A stretch of 64,000 nucleotides of DNA from Candidatus Latescibacterota bacterium. Its GTDB lineage: Bacteria > Krumholzibacteriota > Krumholzibacteriia > WVZY01. Position numbers and translations under genes: made by a program. Location: the NCBI GenBank assembly GCA_963791045.1, contig CAWBQK010000017.1:224001-288000 (forward strand), read 5' to 3'. Shown piece by piece: positions 47,015-57,067 of this stretch (its first letter is position 1; every line of letters begins with the position of its first letter). Under the pieces are notes generated by a model. It was not told the DNA's origin, searched no databases, and was given only the letters and a program-made list of their open reading frames with translations.

Positions 47015-48032
47015 AACCGCACTTTTAGCGCTGTTTGTTTTGTTCGCCGTATCGATGGCGGTCGCGCCCGTGCATGCGGATCGATTCGACGATGTTCGCC
47101 GCGAAATGTCCAAGATGCGTTATGACGCGGCTGAGGCCGCTCTCGTGGACATTGCGCGGGCCACTGAGGGGGACGACAAACAAGAAGCGCTTTTTCTCCT
47201 CGCCGGACTCAAACAATCGGTTTCCGAAGCCGAGATTATCTACCAGGAAGTCATCCGCATCGACGATTCGAACGACTGGGGCGTCGCGTCACAGGTTGAG
47301 TTGGCCAAGATTCAATACGCGATTGGAAATTACAACGAGGCGCTCGAAATGCTTGGCGAGTCGGGGGCCTGCCGCAAATCGGATGAGGCCTGTTATTTCC
47401 AGGGATTGTCCGCGGTGATGGTCAAGAGGTTCGACGTCGCCGAGGAATCGCTCTCGAAGGTCAAAAGCGGCAAGTTCAGGCCGTGGGCCTTCCTTTCGCT
47501 TGCCGAGGTCGAGATGGCGCTCGACAACGCCGACGAAGCATGTCGAAAGTACCGATCGATGGCGCGTTCGCAGATCAGCCCCACGGCTATGTACCGCTAC
47601 GGCGAATGTCTCGAGAAGCAGGGAGACGCCCCCGCGGCGACGGAGATTTTTGAAGAGATCGTGGACAATTTCGAGAACACGCCCGAGGCGCTTCTCGCCA
47701 CCGAGAAACTCAATATTATTCGCAGGGCTTCAGAACCGCCTCCACCGGAAGAGGCAGACTTGTCCCCGGCGGAAACGGAGGAGTTCACGCCTCTCGCCAC
47801 GGGATACACGCTTCAATTTGGCTCGTTCCAGGACCGGGCCAATGCCATCAAGCTGTCTTCACGATTGAAACGCGAATTGCCGGGCGTTCGAATCGACAGT
47901 AATCTGTTAAATTTTAAAGAAATACACCGTGTGCGGTTTGGATACTTTCGTAGTCGTGCGGACGCCCAGCGAAGAGCTGACGAAATCTCAAAACAAGTCT
48001 CCGAACCCTGCACAATAATGACCCTTCCTTGA
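47004..48032 (+). CDS. Periplasmic TPR + SPOR domain protein
   Basis: Signal peptide MKFKTALL...VHA; TPR helices; SPOR YTLQFGSFQDRANA...HRVRFGYF. Confidence 0.85.
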   Translation: MKFKTALLALFVLFAVSMAVAPVHADRFDDVRREMSKMRYDAAEAALVDIARATEGDDKQEALFLLAGLKQSVSEAEIIYQEVIRIDDSNDWGVASQVELAKIQYAIGNYNEALEMLGESGACRKSDEACYFQGLSAVMVKRFDVAEESLSKVKSGKFRPWAFLSLAEVEMALDNADEACRKYRSMARSQISPTAMYRYGECLEKQGDAPAATEIFEEIVDNFENTPEALLATEKLNIIRRASEPPPPEEADLSPAETEEFTPLATGYTLQFGSFQDRANAIKLSSRLKRELPGVRIDSNLLNFKEIHRVRFGYFRSRADAQRRADEISKQVSEPCTIMTLP

Positions 48033-48042
48033 GACCGGAATC

Positions 48043-50745
48043 ATGAGTGAAATTTCGCCTTTGATGGCGCAGTACAGGGAGATCAAATCCCGTCACGAAG
48101 ACTGTGTTCTGCTTTTTCGTGTTGGTGATTTCTACGAGACGTTCTACGAGGATGCCGTGGAAGTCGCGCGAATCCTCAATATTGCCCTGACTACAAGGGA
48201 CAAGAATAAGCCGAACCCCATCCCGCTGGCCGGGGTTCCATTCCATGCGGCTGAAACATATGTTACGCGGCTCCTTTCCGCGGGCAAACGGGTGGCGATC
48301 TGCGAGCAGGTCGAGGATGCGTCTAAGGCGAAAGGTCTCGTGAAAAGGGACGTCGTCGAAGTACTGACACCGGGCACCTCGATGAACAACGATTTCCTCA
48401 AGGTGAAGGAAAACAACTTTTGCCTCTCACTCTGGGTCGATGAAGGACGGGCCGGGGTGGCCCTCGTCGATGTGAGTACGGGGGATTTTCTCGCCGGTGA
48501 AGAGCAACTTGACCTTGTCCAATATCTCATCCAGGGAAAAAGGGTGACTGAAATCGTCTGTCCGCGCGACGTCGACCGTTCGGTGATCGGGCCGCTATCG
48601 GAGGTCATCGGGGATCCAGTGGTTACGCGTCTCGATGAGGCGATATTCGGGAAGGATGCGGCCGAGTCGGCGATCGACGTCCAGTTCGGGGATGACGGGG
48701 TAACCGCACTCAACAAGGTGGGGTCGCTTGGTGTCCGAGCGACCGGGATACTCCTCTCGCATTGTCAGTCGCTCCGGGAAGGAGCAATGGCCCAGGTTAC
48801 AAAGGTCGACACCCTCGGGCACGTCGAGTTCCTGGCGCTCGACGAGGAGACTATTCGCAACCTTGAGTTGTTCGAACCGCTATACGGCGCAGACACTCGG
48901 GCGACACTCATCCGTTTGATCGACAAGACCCTGACGCCGATGGGCGGACGGGAGATTCGTGGATGGCTACAGAAACCGCTCTGTCACGTTGAAATGATTG
49001 ACGAACGCGTTGAAGCCGTCTCCGAAGTCTATGGCGGCACGCGGCTCCAGGAATCGCTCATGACAATCTTGCGCGGGGTGCAGGATATTCAGCGTGTCGG
49101 CGCGAGGATATCGGCGCGCAAGGCCATCCCGAGGGAATTTCACACGCTCAGAGAATCGCTCGAGCGGATTCCGGAACTGTTAACCATTCTCAACGGATGC
49201 CGTTCGGGACTCCTCGTGCGAACGGCGGATGAACTGCTCGATCACCGCGATATAGTCGATCTGATTGCGGAATCGATTGTCGAAGAACCGCCGGGGCATT
49301 TGCGCGACGGTGGTGTAATTCGGCAGGGATACTCGGAGGAGCTCGACGGACTTCTGGTCCAGAGCGCGGATGCCAAGAAATGGATTGCCGGACTGGAAAA
49401 ACGCGAACGCGAACGTACCGGGATCGGGAGTCTCAAGGTTGGTTTTAACAGGGTGTTCGGATACTACGTCGAGGTATATAAGTCGCATCTTGACTCGGTT
49501 CCGGCCGACTATGTCGCCAAGCAAACTTTGATGAATTCGGAGCGTTACTACACCGCGGCGCTCAAAGATCGCGAACAAATGATCCTCGAGAATGACGAGC
49601 GGCGGATTGCCTGCGAACAGAAAATCTATGACGAACTGTGCGAGAGGATTTCAAAAGTGCTTCCGCTGCTCCAGGCGACGGCACGTGCAGTTGCCCGCGT
49701 GGATGCCATTCAATCGCTCTCTGCGGCGGCCCGGCAGCACCGTTTCAAGCGGCCGGTCGTCGATGATTCGAGAGTTCTCGAACTGGTTGGAAACAGACAT
49801 CCGGTTCTCGAACAGGTCGTATCCGAGGCGTTTGTACCGAACGATCTCCAGTTGGATTCGGACACAAAGCAATTCGCGTTGATCACCGGACCGAACATGT
49901 CGGGGAAGAGCACGTTTTTGAGGCAGGTCGCGCTCACTGTTGTGCTTGCGCAAATGGGCTCGTTCGTGCCGGCCGAGCGGGCACGGATCGGACTCGTTGA
50001 CAAGATTTTTACCCGGGTTGGAGCGACCGATCGTCTCAGCCGGGGTGAGTCGACGTTTCTTGTCGAAATGAAGGAGACGGCAAACATTCTCGAGCAGATG
50101 ACCGACAGAAGCCTCGTTCTTCTCGACGAGGTGGGAAGGGGGACGAGTACCTATGATGGGCTCAGCATCGCCTGGGCGGTAACCGAGTTTATCCTCCAGG
50201 GAGTCAAGGGACGCCCCAAGACACTTTTTGCGACACATTTTCATGAGCTTACGCAATTGCGGAACGCGTACCCGCGGCTGGTGAACCTTAAGATCACAAT
50301 AAAGGAGTGGGAAGGCGGCGTTGTTTTTCTCCGCAAAGTGATTCCTGGTACAAGCGACAGGAGTTACGGTATTCACGCGGCTCGCGTCGCCGGGCTTCCT
50401 GCTTTGGTTTTACGGAGGGCGGAAGAAATCCTCAAGTCTCTGGAGCTACGGCGGAATCTGCTGCGGCAGGGGGTGTCGCTCGAAAATGCGGACAACCCTC
50501 AGATTTCTCTTTTCCAGGCGGATCCCGGTGCGGGGTGGGAACTCGATACCAACAACGCTGATGGCGGTCGAGGGCACGCTTCTGAAGGAGACACGCCGAC
50601 CGGCGCGTCAAAGACTTCGGACGGTGTTTTGGACGAGCTAAAGATGATCGCCACTCTCGTCGACGCATTCGACATCGATGGATCCACGCCGTTCGATGCG
50701 CTCCAGTTTCTCAAAAGCCTCAAGGACCGGATGGCGAACCGCTGA
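48043..50745 (+). CDS. mutS: DNA mismatch repair protein MutS
   Basis: FRVGDFYE, TGPNMSGKST, STFLVEM, DEVGRGTS, ATHFHEL, SYGIHAA, clamp motif QISLF. Confidence 0.98.
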   Translation: MSEISPLMAQYREIKSRHEDCVLLFRVGDFYETFYEDAVEVARILNIALTTRDKNKPNPIPLAGVPFHAAETYVTRLLSAGKRVAICEQVEDASKAKGLVKRDVVEVLTPGTSMNNDFLKVKENNFCLSLWVDEGRAGVALVDVSTGDFLAGEEQLDLVQYLIQGKRVTEIVCPRDVDRSVIGPLSEVIGDPVVTRLDEAIFGKDAAESAIDVQFGDDGVTALNKVGSLGVRATGILLSHCQSLREGAMAQVTKVDTLGHVEFLALDEETIRNLELFEPLYGADTRATLIRLIDKTLTPMGGREIRGWLQKPLCHVEMIDERVEAVSEVYGGTRLQESLMTILRGVQDIQRVGARISARKAIPREFHTLRESLERIPELLTILNGCRSGLLVRTADELLDHRDIVDLIAESIVEEPPGHLRDGGVIRQGYSEELDGLLVQSADAKKWIAGLEKRERERTGIGSLKVGFNRVFGYYVEVYKSHLDSVPADYVAKQTLMNSERYYTAALKDREQMILENDERRIACEQKIYDELCERISKVLPLLQATARAVARVDAIQSLSAAARQHRFKRPVVDDSRVLELVGNRHPVLEQVVSEAFVPNDLQLDSDTKQFALITGPNMSGKSTFLRQVALTVVLAQMGSFVPAERARIGLVDKIFTRVGATDRLSRGESTFLVEMKETANILEQMTDRSLVLLDEVGRGTSTYDGLSIAWAVTEFILQGVKGRPKTLFATHFHELTQLRNAYPRLVNLKITIKEWEGGVVFLRKVIPGTSDRSYGIHAARVAGLPALVLRRAEEILKSLELRRNLLRQGVSLENADNPQISLFQADPGAGWELDTNNADGGRGHASEGDTPTGASKTSDGVLDELKMIATLVDAFDIDGSTPFDALQFLKSLKDRMANR

Positions 50746-50791
50746 TCATCACCCCGAAAGATCCCTTCCTGTTTCCCATTACACCCCAAAA

Positions 50792-50807
50792 TGGTCTGTG
50801 ATTTGCT
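50792..50807 (+). promoter_or_regulatory. Putative sigma54 promoter upstream of the GAF protein
   Basis: TGGTCTGTGATTTGCT: GG-N10-GC with TTGCT. Confidence 0.4.
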
Positions 50808-50881
50808 ATCATAAGGGAAACGGACTTACGGGCGACCGCGCCCGGACTTAAACTATATTCATAGGTGTACAGCGTAACCTT

Positions 50882-53218
50882 ATGGCAGAGCACCTGATAA
50901 GGTGTGGTATAATTGGTGGACAGGAACCCGACCTGCCCATCCTGAGCGCGCTTCACAATGCGAAGCGTGTCGATATTGTATTCATTTACGACAAGGATCA
51001 GACCGCCGTCGGAATCGAAATCGCCGAAATACTTGGCATCCCCCGCTATCACACACCCGAACATCTAGCCGGCGCCACCGATATCGAATGCGCCGTGGTT
51101 GCGGAGCCCCGTGAAAAACACAACGCGGAAATCGCGCTGTTGACGCGAACCGGCTGCAAAATACTGAACCCCTCCGAGGCTCTTCAGCAGCTCGCCCATA
51201 TCGACCCCGCGTTACCGGTGTCGGAACCTGACGGTTCCGCGAGGCAATCGATCGACGATACGTTTGTCGCGCTCGAGAGACTTTTTGATCGCAAGGAGCT
51301 TTTGAAGTTCCTTCTCGAAGTGGCGACACAATCTACGTCGAGTTCGGCGGGATCGATAATGTTGTACTCCCCGGAGACGCGCGATCTCTTCATCGCATAC
51401 GCGGTTGGCTTGAGCGATCGAACCGTCAAACGCACCCGGCAAAAACTGGGGCATGGTGTGGCGGGCAAGGTCGCTCAAACAAGAAGCCCGATGCTTCTCG
51501 GGTCGGCCGGTGATCTTGGAAACTATCCTCACGAACGAGACCGGGTTGATATAGGAACGGCGATCTCCGTTCCGTTGTTGTGGGGCGAGCGGCTACTCGG
51601 CGTGCTGAACGTATCGGTCGATCAGGACGCGCGGCAGCACGACGAAAAAGACCTCGAAACACTAAAATTGCTTTCACGTCGAATTTCACACGTTCTTAAT
51701 CAATCCCTCAAGCTCGATGAAGTTCAGATACGGCATCAGGAGTGGCGGTTTCGCTCAACCATGGGGGAGATCGCCCTCAAACCAATATCCACCCAGGAAA
51801 AGTTTGCCGTCTTGTCGAAATACCTCTCAGAACTGATGGGGGCCGAGACGGTCGAGATTTATCTGAACACGACAGAAGGGGACTGGTTCGTGTTGGGCGG
51901 ATCGAACCGGCTTCTCTCTCCGACCGATAAACGGGTGAGGATTCAAAGGGGCGCGCTGAGCCGCGCGTTTCTCGACAACCGAGCGATCGTCCTCAAGGAA
52001 GGCGCAGGAGACGGAGGTGGGGACGCTCTTCAAGCAGTGGCGAGCGCCGTGTTCTGTCCGCTGGGGACTACTGAATCGCTGGGAGTTATCGTATTTGAAT
52101 TTACGGAACAGTATAGACTCGATGAGTTTTTGACGGTAAAAGACGCGATCGTTCACGAAATCTCCCGATTCCTGGCCTCAGAAACACGCGAACGAAAACT
52201 GACACGCGAACTCCGCGCACTTCGCATGATTTCGGACGCGGCGCCGGCCGTGCTGGGCTGCCGCACTATCAAGTCGCTCGTCGACACGCTCGCGTCGACC
52301 GTTGCCGTGATTCTTGAGAGTGAACGCGTGTCGGTACGCCTTGCGGAAAACCTCGGAGCGGACACATACCTCGAAAGCACATTCGGCGTACCGAAGGAAA
52401 TTCTCATCGAGTGGAGAGGCGACGACAAGGAGAGGTTCGACACTCTTGAGCGTGACAAAAAGTCATTTTCCACCGCTTTTTTGAGTTTCGATCCCCGGGT
52501 GATGGAAGCCGGAGCGGAACGTGTTCAACAGCGGCCCGGGAATGCTCCCGGCTATCGCTCCGCTCTCGCGTTCCCCGTGACAAGCACCGACGGGTTTCTC
52601 GGCGGGATCATTGCCTATGACAAAAACGCCGACGATCCGCTTGAAGATGCGGTGTATTCGGAGCTCGATCGGAAGATCCTCGAAAACATCGTTGGCCTGG
52701 CCGAGCCTGTACTGGACGCGATTCTGCGCCGTCGTCCGGTGGCGAAAGCGGGTGAGACGGTGGCGTTTGAAAGTGTCATTGGGGAGAACTACGATCGCTT
52801 GAAGGAGCTCTGCGACAACGAAATCTCCAGGGCCGACCGCTATCACAACGCGTTCACTTTGGTGCTATTCCGGGTCGATCCAATGGACGCTCTCTTCGAA
52901 TCAAATCGCGAACAAGCGCTTGCCTTGTCCGAGGACATGGGGCAAGGTCTCAAAACCCGAACCAGAAAAACTGATTTTGGAGCCTGGATAAAACCAGGCA
53001 CATACGCGATTCTAACTCTCGACGGTGGGCGCCGAATCCGCTTCCTTATATCCCGCGCGGTTATGTATCTCGGGAAGGACTTATCCACACTCGAAGGATA
53101 TCCCGCGGAGGCGAAGAGGATCCTTGTCGGCACCGCCGGCTATCCGGGAAAGTCTAAATCGGCCGACGAAATGGTCGCCGAAGCGGAAGCCTCGCTCAAA
53201 CCCTTCCAGCCGGAATAG
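50882..53218 (+). CDS. Multi-GAF signalling protein with N-terminal Rossmann-like domain and C-terminal degenerate GGDEF domain
   Basis: GAF motif GHGVAGKVAQTRSP...AISVPLLWGERLLGVLNV plus two further GAF-like units; EISRADRYHNAFTLVLF...RKTD...YPGKSKSADEMVAEA. Confidence 0.8.
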   Translation: MAEHLIRCGIIGGQEPDLPILSALHNAKRVDIVFIYDKDQTAVGIEIAEILGIPRYHTPEHLAGATDIECAVVAEPREKHNAEIALLTRTGCKILNPSEALQQLAHIDPALPVSEPDGSARQSIDDTFVALERLFDRKELLKFLLEVATQSTSSSAGSIMLYSPETRDLFIAYAVGLSDRTVKRTRQKLGHGVAGKVAQTRSPMLLGSAGDLGNYPHERDRVDIGTAISVPLLWGERLLGVLNVSVDQDARQHDEKDLETLKLLSRRISHVLNQSLKLDEVQIRHQEWRFRSTMGEIALKPISTQEKFAVLSKYLSELMGAETVEIYLNTTEGDWFVLGGSNRLLSPTDKRVRIQRGALSRAFLDNRAIVLKEGAGDGGGDALQAVASAVFCPLGTTESLGVIVFEFTEQYRLDEFLTVKDAIVHEISRFLASETRERKLTRELRALRMISDAAPAVLGCRTIKSLVDTLASTVAVILESERVSVRLAENLGADTYLESTFGVPKEILIEWRGDDKERFDTLERDKKSFSTAFLSFDPRVMEAGAERVQQRPGNAPGYRSALAFPVTSTDGFLGGIIAYDKNADDPLEDAVYSELDRKILENIVGLAEPVLDAILRRRPVAKAGETVAFESVIGENYDRLKELCDNEISRADRYHNAFTLVLFRVDPMDALFESNREQALALSEDMGQGLKTRTRKTDFGAWIKPGTYAILTLDGGRRIRFLISRAVMYLGKDLSTLEGYPAEAKRILVGTAGYPGKSKSADEMVAEAEASLKPFQPE

Positions 53219-53266
53219 TTTTCAACAGATATTATCTTCTGGGCGGGCTCCACAAGGGGCCTCCCG

Positions 53267-53295
53267 TTGCCAAACGCATACCCTCATGTTATGTT
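53267..53295 (+). promoter_or_regulatory. Putative sigma70 promoter of mutL-miaA
   Basis: TTGCCA-N17-TATGTT with extended TG. Confidence 0.5.
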
Positions 53296-53334
53296 TGGGT
53301 CGCCAATCACCCCCCAGCCAGATCAGGAGCAGGT

Positions 53335-55185
53335 ATGTCTGTTATAAAAACGCTTCCCGAAGCGGTGGCGCGGCAGATTGCCGCCGGGGAAGTCGTCGAA
53401 CGTCCCGCATCGGTCGTTAAGGAACTCATCGAGAACGCTCTCGATGCGGGTTCCCAAAGTTTGTGGGTCACGACGGCGGGAGCGGGAGTCGATCTTATCG
53501 AAGTGCGTGACGATGGACGCGGGATGTCGCGTGAAGACGCCATGATGGCGCCGAGAAATTTCGCGACGAGCAAGATCGAAAGCGCGGACGAACTGTTTCG
53601 CATCGAGACGTTCGGTTTTCGCGGCGAAGCATTGGCCGCGATTTCAGCCGTGTCAAAGCTCAACATCATCACCAGCGATCGTGACGACGGGGAAGGTTGC
53701 CGGGTGACGGTTGAAGGGAAGTCCGATCCTACCGCCATGCCGGCTCCTCACGAACGGGGCACGACTGTTCGAATAGAGAACTTGTTCTTTAACACGCCTG
53801 CGCGCAAAAAATTCTTAAAAAGTGAAATTACCGAACGGCGCAGAATACTCGAGACAATTCTGGGGTTTGCATTGGTGTCTCCTTCTCTCGAACTGCACTA
53901 CACAGACGACGGACGCAGGGTCCTCGACCTCGTCCCGATGGCCACCTGGGAAGAGCGTGTGGCGGCCATAATGGGCGGCACCACAATGACCCACATGGTC
54001 GCCGTCGAAGCCGATGAACGTCCGATGAGAGTGTCCGGTTTTGTGAGCTTGCCTACCTATACGCGTTCCAACAGGAACCACCAGTATTTTTATGTGAACG
54101 GCCGGCTCGTTCGTGAGAAGACGATCATGCGCGCCGTCCAGGAAGCGTACAGAAACGTTATACCATTTAAACGTTTTCCAGCCGTGGTTCTGTCGGTTGA
54201 GGCTCCGTACGAGGATGTCGATGTGAACGTGCATCCCACAAAGCTCGAAGTTCGATTGAGTAACGAACGAAGGGTGTTCGACATCGTCCGGCGCGCGATT
54301 AAACAATCGCTGACGGCAAGCTCCGAGGAGACTCTCGAGGTCGGCTATGCCAGTACGGGGACGGGGGAAGGCAAGTCGTTCGAGGTTATTGACGGCGGCG
54401 CAAGCGCGAATCCCAGATCGCTTTTTTCCGGTGTCCGCGAGGAAACGATGGATGGGGATGCCGCGCAATACAAGGCTCGGGTCCGCGATGCGGTCGATTC
54501 GTATCTCGATGACGGCCGGCCTCCACAGAATCTCGGTTCAAAGCTCTCACTCCAGAACGACGACGAGGTCAGAACGCCGGCGCCGGGGGGCAAGCCCATT
54601 GACGAACGCATCCAGGCGGACGACGCACTATTTTGGCAGTTCAATAATTCGTACATATTTATTCAGGTTCGCGGCGGGATAGTTGTTATCGATCAGCACG
54701 CCGCCCACGAACGCATTATTTTTGACACGAGCAAGCGGCAGCTCCAGAGCGAGATTCCCGTATCACAACAAATACTGTTTCCGATCACGCTGGAACTATC
54801 GATGTCAGAACTCGAAGTGTTCCGTTCGACCAAGGACATCTTCCGAAAACTGGGATTTCACCTCGAGCCGTTTGGAGGGATGAACATCCTGGTCCGGGGG
54901 TATCCCCAGGGATTGAAGAACTGGTCCGAAGGACGCCTGCTTCGACACATTTTCGACGACATTTTGAACGACAAAGTTCCCGGCAATAGCCACGCGGATC
55001 AGATGATCGCGAGTTTTGCGTGCAGAAGCGCCGTAAAAGCGGGGCAAAAACTGAGCGTCGATGAAATGAAAATGCTGGCCGACCAATTGTTCGCCGTCGA
55101 GAATCCGTACTCATGTCCCCACGGCCGGCCGACGATTCACAGGTTATCTCTAGAGGACATGGAGCGTTGGTTCTCCCGCCGATAA
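53335..55185 (+). CDS. mutL: DNA mismatch repair endonuclease MutL
   Basis: IAAGEVVERP, ENALDA, GFRGEAL, DVNVHP, DQHAAHER, ACR, CPHGRP. Confidence 0.97.
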   Translation: MSVIKTLPEAVARQIAAGEVVERPASVVKELIENALDAGSQSLWVTTAGAGVDLIEVRDDGRGMSREDAMMAPRNFATSKIESADELFRIETFGFRGEALAAISAVSKLNIITSDRDDGEGCRVTVEGKSDPTAMPAPHERGTTVRIENLFFNTPARKKFLKSEITERRRILETILGFALVSPSLELHYTDDGRRVLDLVPMATWEERVAAIMGGTTMTHMVAVEADERPMRVSGFVSLPTYTRSNRNHQYFYVNGRLVREKTIMRAVQEAYRNVIPFKRFPAVVLSVEAPYEDVDVNVHPTKLEVRLSNERRVFDIVRRAIKQSLTASSEETLEVGYASTGTGEGKSFEVIDGGASANPRSLFSGVREETMDGDAAQYKARVRDAVDSYLDDGRPPQNLGSKLSLQNDDEVRTPAPGGKPIDERIQADDALFWQFNNSYIFIQVRGGIVVIDQHAAHERIIFDTSKRQLQSEIPVSQQILFPITLELSMSELEVFRSTKDIFRKLGFHLEPFGGMNILVRGYPQGLKNWSEGRLLRHIFDDILNDKVPGNSHADQMIASFACRSAVKAGQKLSVDEMKMLADQLFAVENPYSCPHGRPTIHRLSLEDMERWFSRR

Positions 55186-56111
55186 TGAATCCAGACCAAA
55201 AAGCGATTGCCATAATGGGCGCCACCGCCACGGGCAAGTCCGATCTCGCCATCGAACTTGCCGGGTGTTTTGATGGTGAAATCATCTCAATGGATTCAAG
55301 ACAGGTCTACCGCGGGTTCGACATAGGAACGGGAAAAGTCACCGCGGACGACGTGCGGCGCGTACCCCACCATCTGATTAACAATCTTGATCCCAACGAA
55401 GTCAACAGCGCGGGCGCGCACGTGTCTCGAGCGCTCGACGTTTTTGGGCGTATCCGCACGCAGGGAAAGATCGGATATTTTGTCGGTGGTACGGGATTAT
55501 ATTTCAGAGCGCTGTTCGATGGTTTGATTTCTCTCGACGCGGACGCAGAAGAAAGAGAAGCCCTCCGCAAACGCCTGGACGAAAACACGACCGACGAGTT
55601 ATTCGATGAGCTCACGAAGGTTGATCCGGATCGAGCCAGGGATCTGGCGAAGGCGGATCGTGTGAGAATCCTCAGATCGCTCGAAATCTACCATGCCACA
55701 GGAAAACCGCATTCCGAACATATTGCCGGCCAGGAAAAACCGGCGCGGTGGCCTGGTTTGAAAATAGTCTTAACCATGCCGCGTCTGGTGCTCAGGGCGG
55801 CGATTGCGCGCCGTACACGCCTTATGTATGAGAAGGGGTGGTGCGGTGAGGTTCGCGCCCTGCTCGAAGCGGGAGTAGGCCTGGATTCGCCCGCAATGAA
55901 CGGACTTGGGTATGGCGTGATCGGACAATCCATCCTCGACGGCGGGGATCCGGAATCGACTGTGGACCGGGTCATCACGCTCACACAACAATTTGCCAAA
56001 AGACAAGAAACCTTCTTTCGGAGCGTCCAGGATGCCGTATGGGTGGATGTTGTGGCCCAAAGCCCCCTCGAACGGGTCAAGCCGCTTATCCAACGCCATT
56101 TGGAGCTTTAA
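55185..56111 (+). CDS. miaA: tRNA dimethylallyltransferase
   Basis: GATATGKS, DSRQVYRGFDIGTGK, PHHL, VGGTGLY, FAKRQ; TAATG coupling with mutL. Confidence 0.95.
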   Translation: MNPDQKAIAIMGATATGKSDLAIELAGCFDGEIISMDSRQVYRGFDIGTGKVTADDVRRVPHHLINNLDPNEVNSAGAHVSRALDVFGRIRTQGKIGYFVGGTGLYFRALFDGLISLDADAEEREALRKRLDENTTDELFDELTKVDPDRARDLAKADRVRILRSLEIYHATGKPHSEHIAGQEKPARWPGLKIVLTMPRLVLRAAIARRTRLMYEKGWCGEVRALLEAGVGLDSPAMNGLGYGVIGQSILDGGDPESTVDRVITLTQQFAKRQETFFRSVQDAVWVDVVAQSPLERVKPLIQRHLEL

Positions 56112-56118
56112 TTATAAC

Positions 56119-56147
56119 TTGACATAAAAATGCTAACATGCTACAAA
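56119..56147 (+). promoter_or_regulatory. Promoter of tRNA-Gly
   Basis: TTGACA-N17-TACAAA with extended TG. Confidence 0.5.
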
Positions 56148-56166
56148 GACTTACGTTATTAAACGA

Positions 56167-56242
56167 GCGGGCATAACTCAGCTGGTAGAGTGTCAGCTTC
56201 CCAAGCTGAGAGTCGCGGGTTCGAATCCCGTTGCCCGCTCCA
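56167..56242 (+). tRNA. tRNA-Gly (CCC)
   Basis: Acceptor GCGGGCA/TGCCCGC; anticodon arm TCAGC-TTCCCAA-GCTGA; GGTTCGAATCC T-arm; encoded CCA. Confidence 0.97.
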
Positions 56243-56257
56243 ATTCATCTAATACAT

Positions 56258-57040
56258 TTGCCAGTCCCTTTCTCAAGAATAACCACCCTCCAGGTGATCG
56301 CCCTTACCGTGTCGATTCTCGCCGGTTGCGGCTCGCCGCGGTCTACAGTGGACGACAAGTCGACTGTCGAACAAGGCGTCGCGTTATACATCGCCGGCGA
56401 TCACGCTGGCGCCGAGTTATTGTTTCTTGAGGTTCTCGACAACCCGGAGTCCGACGAAGATCTGGTAACGGCGCATCTTTACCTCGGCCGGATCTATCTC
56501 GAGGCGAACGAATACCAGAAAGCGGCTGATGTGCTTTCCGCGGGCAGGGCGCTTGGCGGAGACGTTCGGTTTGATGAGTACTTCGAAATAGCGGCGAGTC
56601 ATTTACGCGCGTCATCCTCGCAGATCATTCAGGAGGATGTTATTTCAAGGGGACAGCTTGCCGCGTTACTGATGGACATGTTTGGCGATGTCCTCGATCG
56701 GGAAATGAGAGCGGGGACGCGAGAGGAATCCGACACGACGCACTGGGCTGAGGGTTGCGTTCATTTCGCCGAAACGACCGGCGTCATGAAAAAACTTCCC
56801 GATGGGAGTTTTCATGAGGATGCAAACGTGACGCGTCCGGCGTTCTTTATGGTCGTCGCGAGGCTTGCCCATCTGCTTGGCCTTGAAGATGGTGTTGAGG
56901 CGGAAGCGTTTCCGGGAGGGTTCCGCGAGGCGGTTGTAACGCTTGACGCTGAGAACACAACGAGCGGCAACGAAGGTTATGTTTCGGGACGGGAAGCATT
57001 ATCCGTCCTGGGTATCGTGGCGCGGGCCGCGGGTATTTGA
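56258..57040 (+). CDS. Lipoprotein with TPR and SLH-like domain
   Basis: Lipobox ILAGC; TPR AHLYLGRIYLEANEYQKAA; SLH-like HWAEGCVHFAETTGVMKKLPDGSFHEDANVTR. Start uncertain (TTG 56258 or GTG 56294). Confidence 0.72.
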   Translation: MPVPFSRITTLQVIALTVSILAGCGSPRSTVDDKSTVEQGVALYIAGDHAGAELLFLEVLDNPESDEDLVTAHLYLGRIYLEANEYQKAADVLSAGRALGGDVRFDEYFEIAASHLRASSSQIIQEDVISRGQLAALLMDMFGDVLDREMRAGTREESDTTHWAEGCVHFAETTGVMKKLPDGSFHEDANVTRPAFFMVVARLAHLLGLEDGVEAEAFPGGFREAVVTLDAENTTSGNEGYVSGREALSVLGIVARAAGI

Positions 57041-57067
57041 AATTAACTCGAAGGACAAAAAGATCAC

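Noticed and set aside
56117-56144. XerD-arm-like ACTTGACATAA as a dif site
   Set aside because: There is no matching second arm, and the sequence is explained by the TTGACA -35 box of the tRNA promoter.
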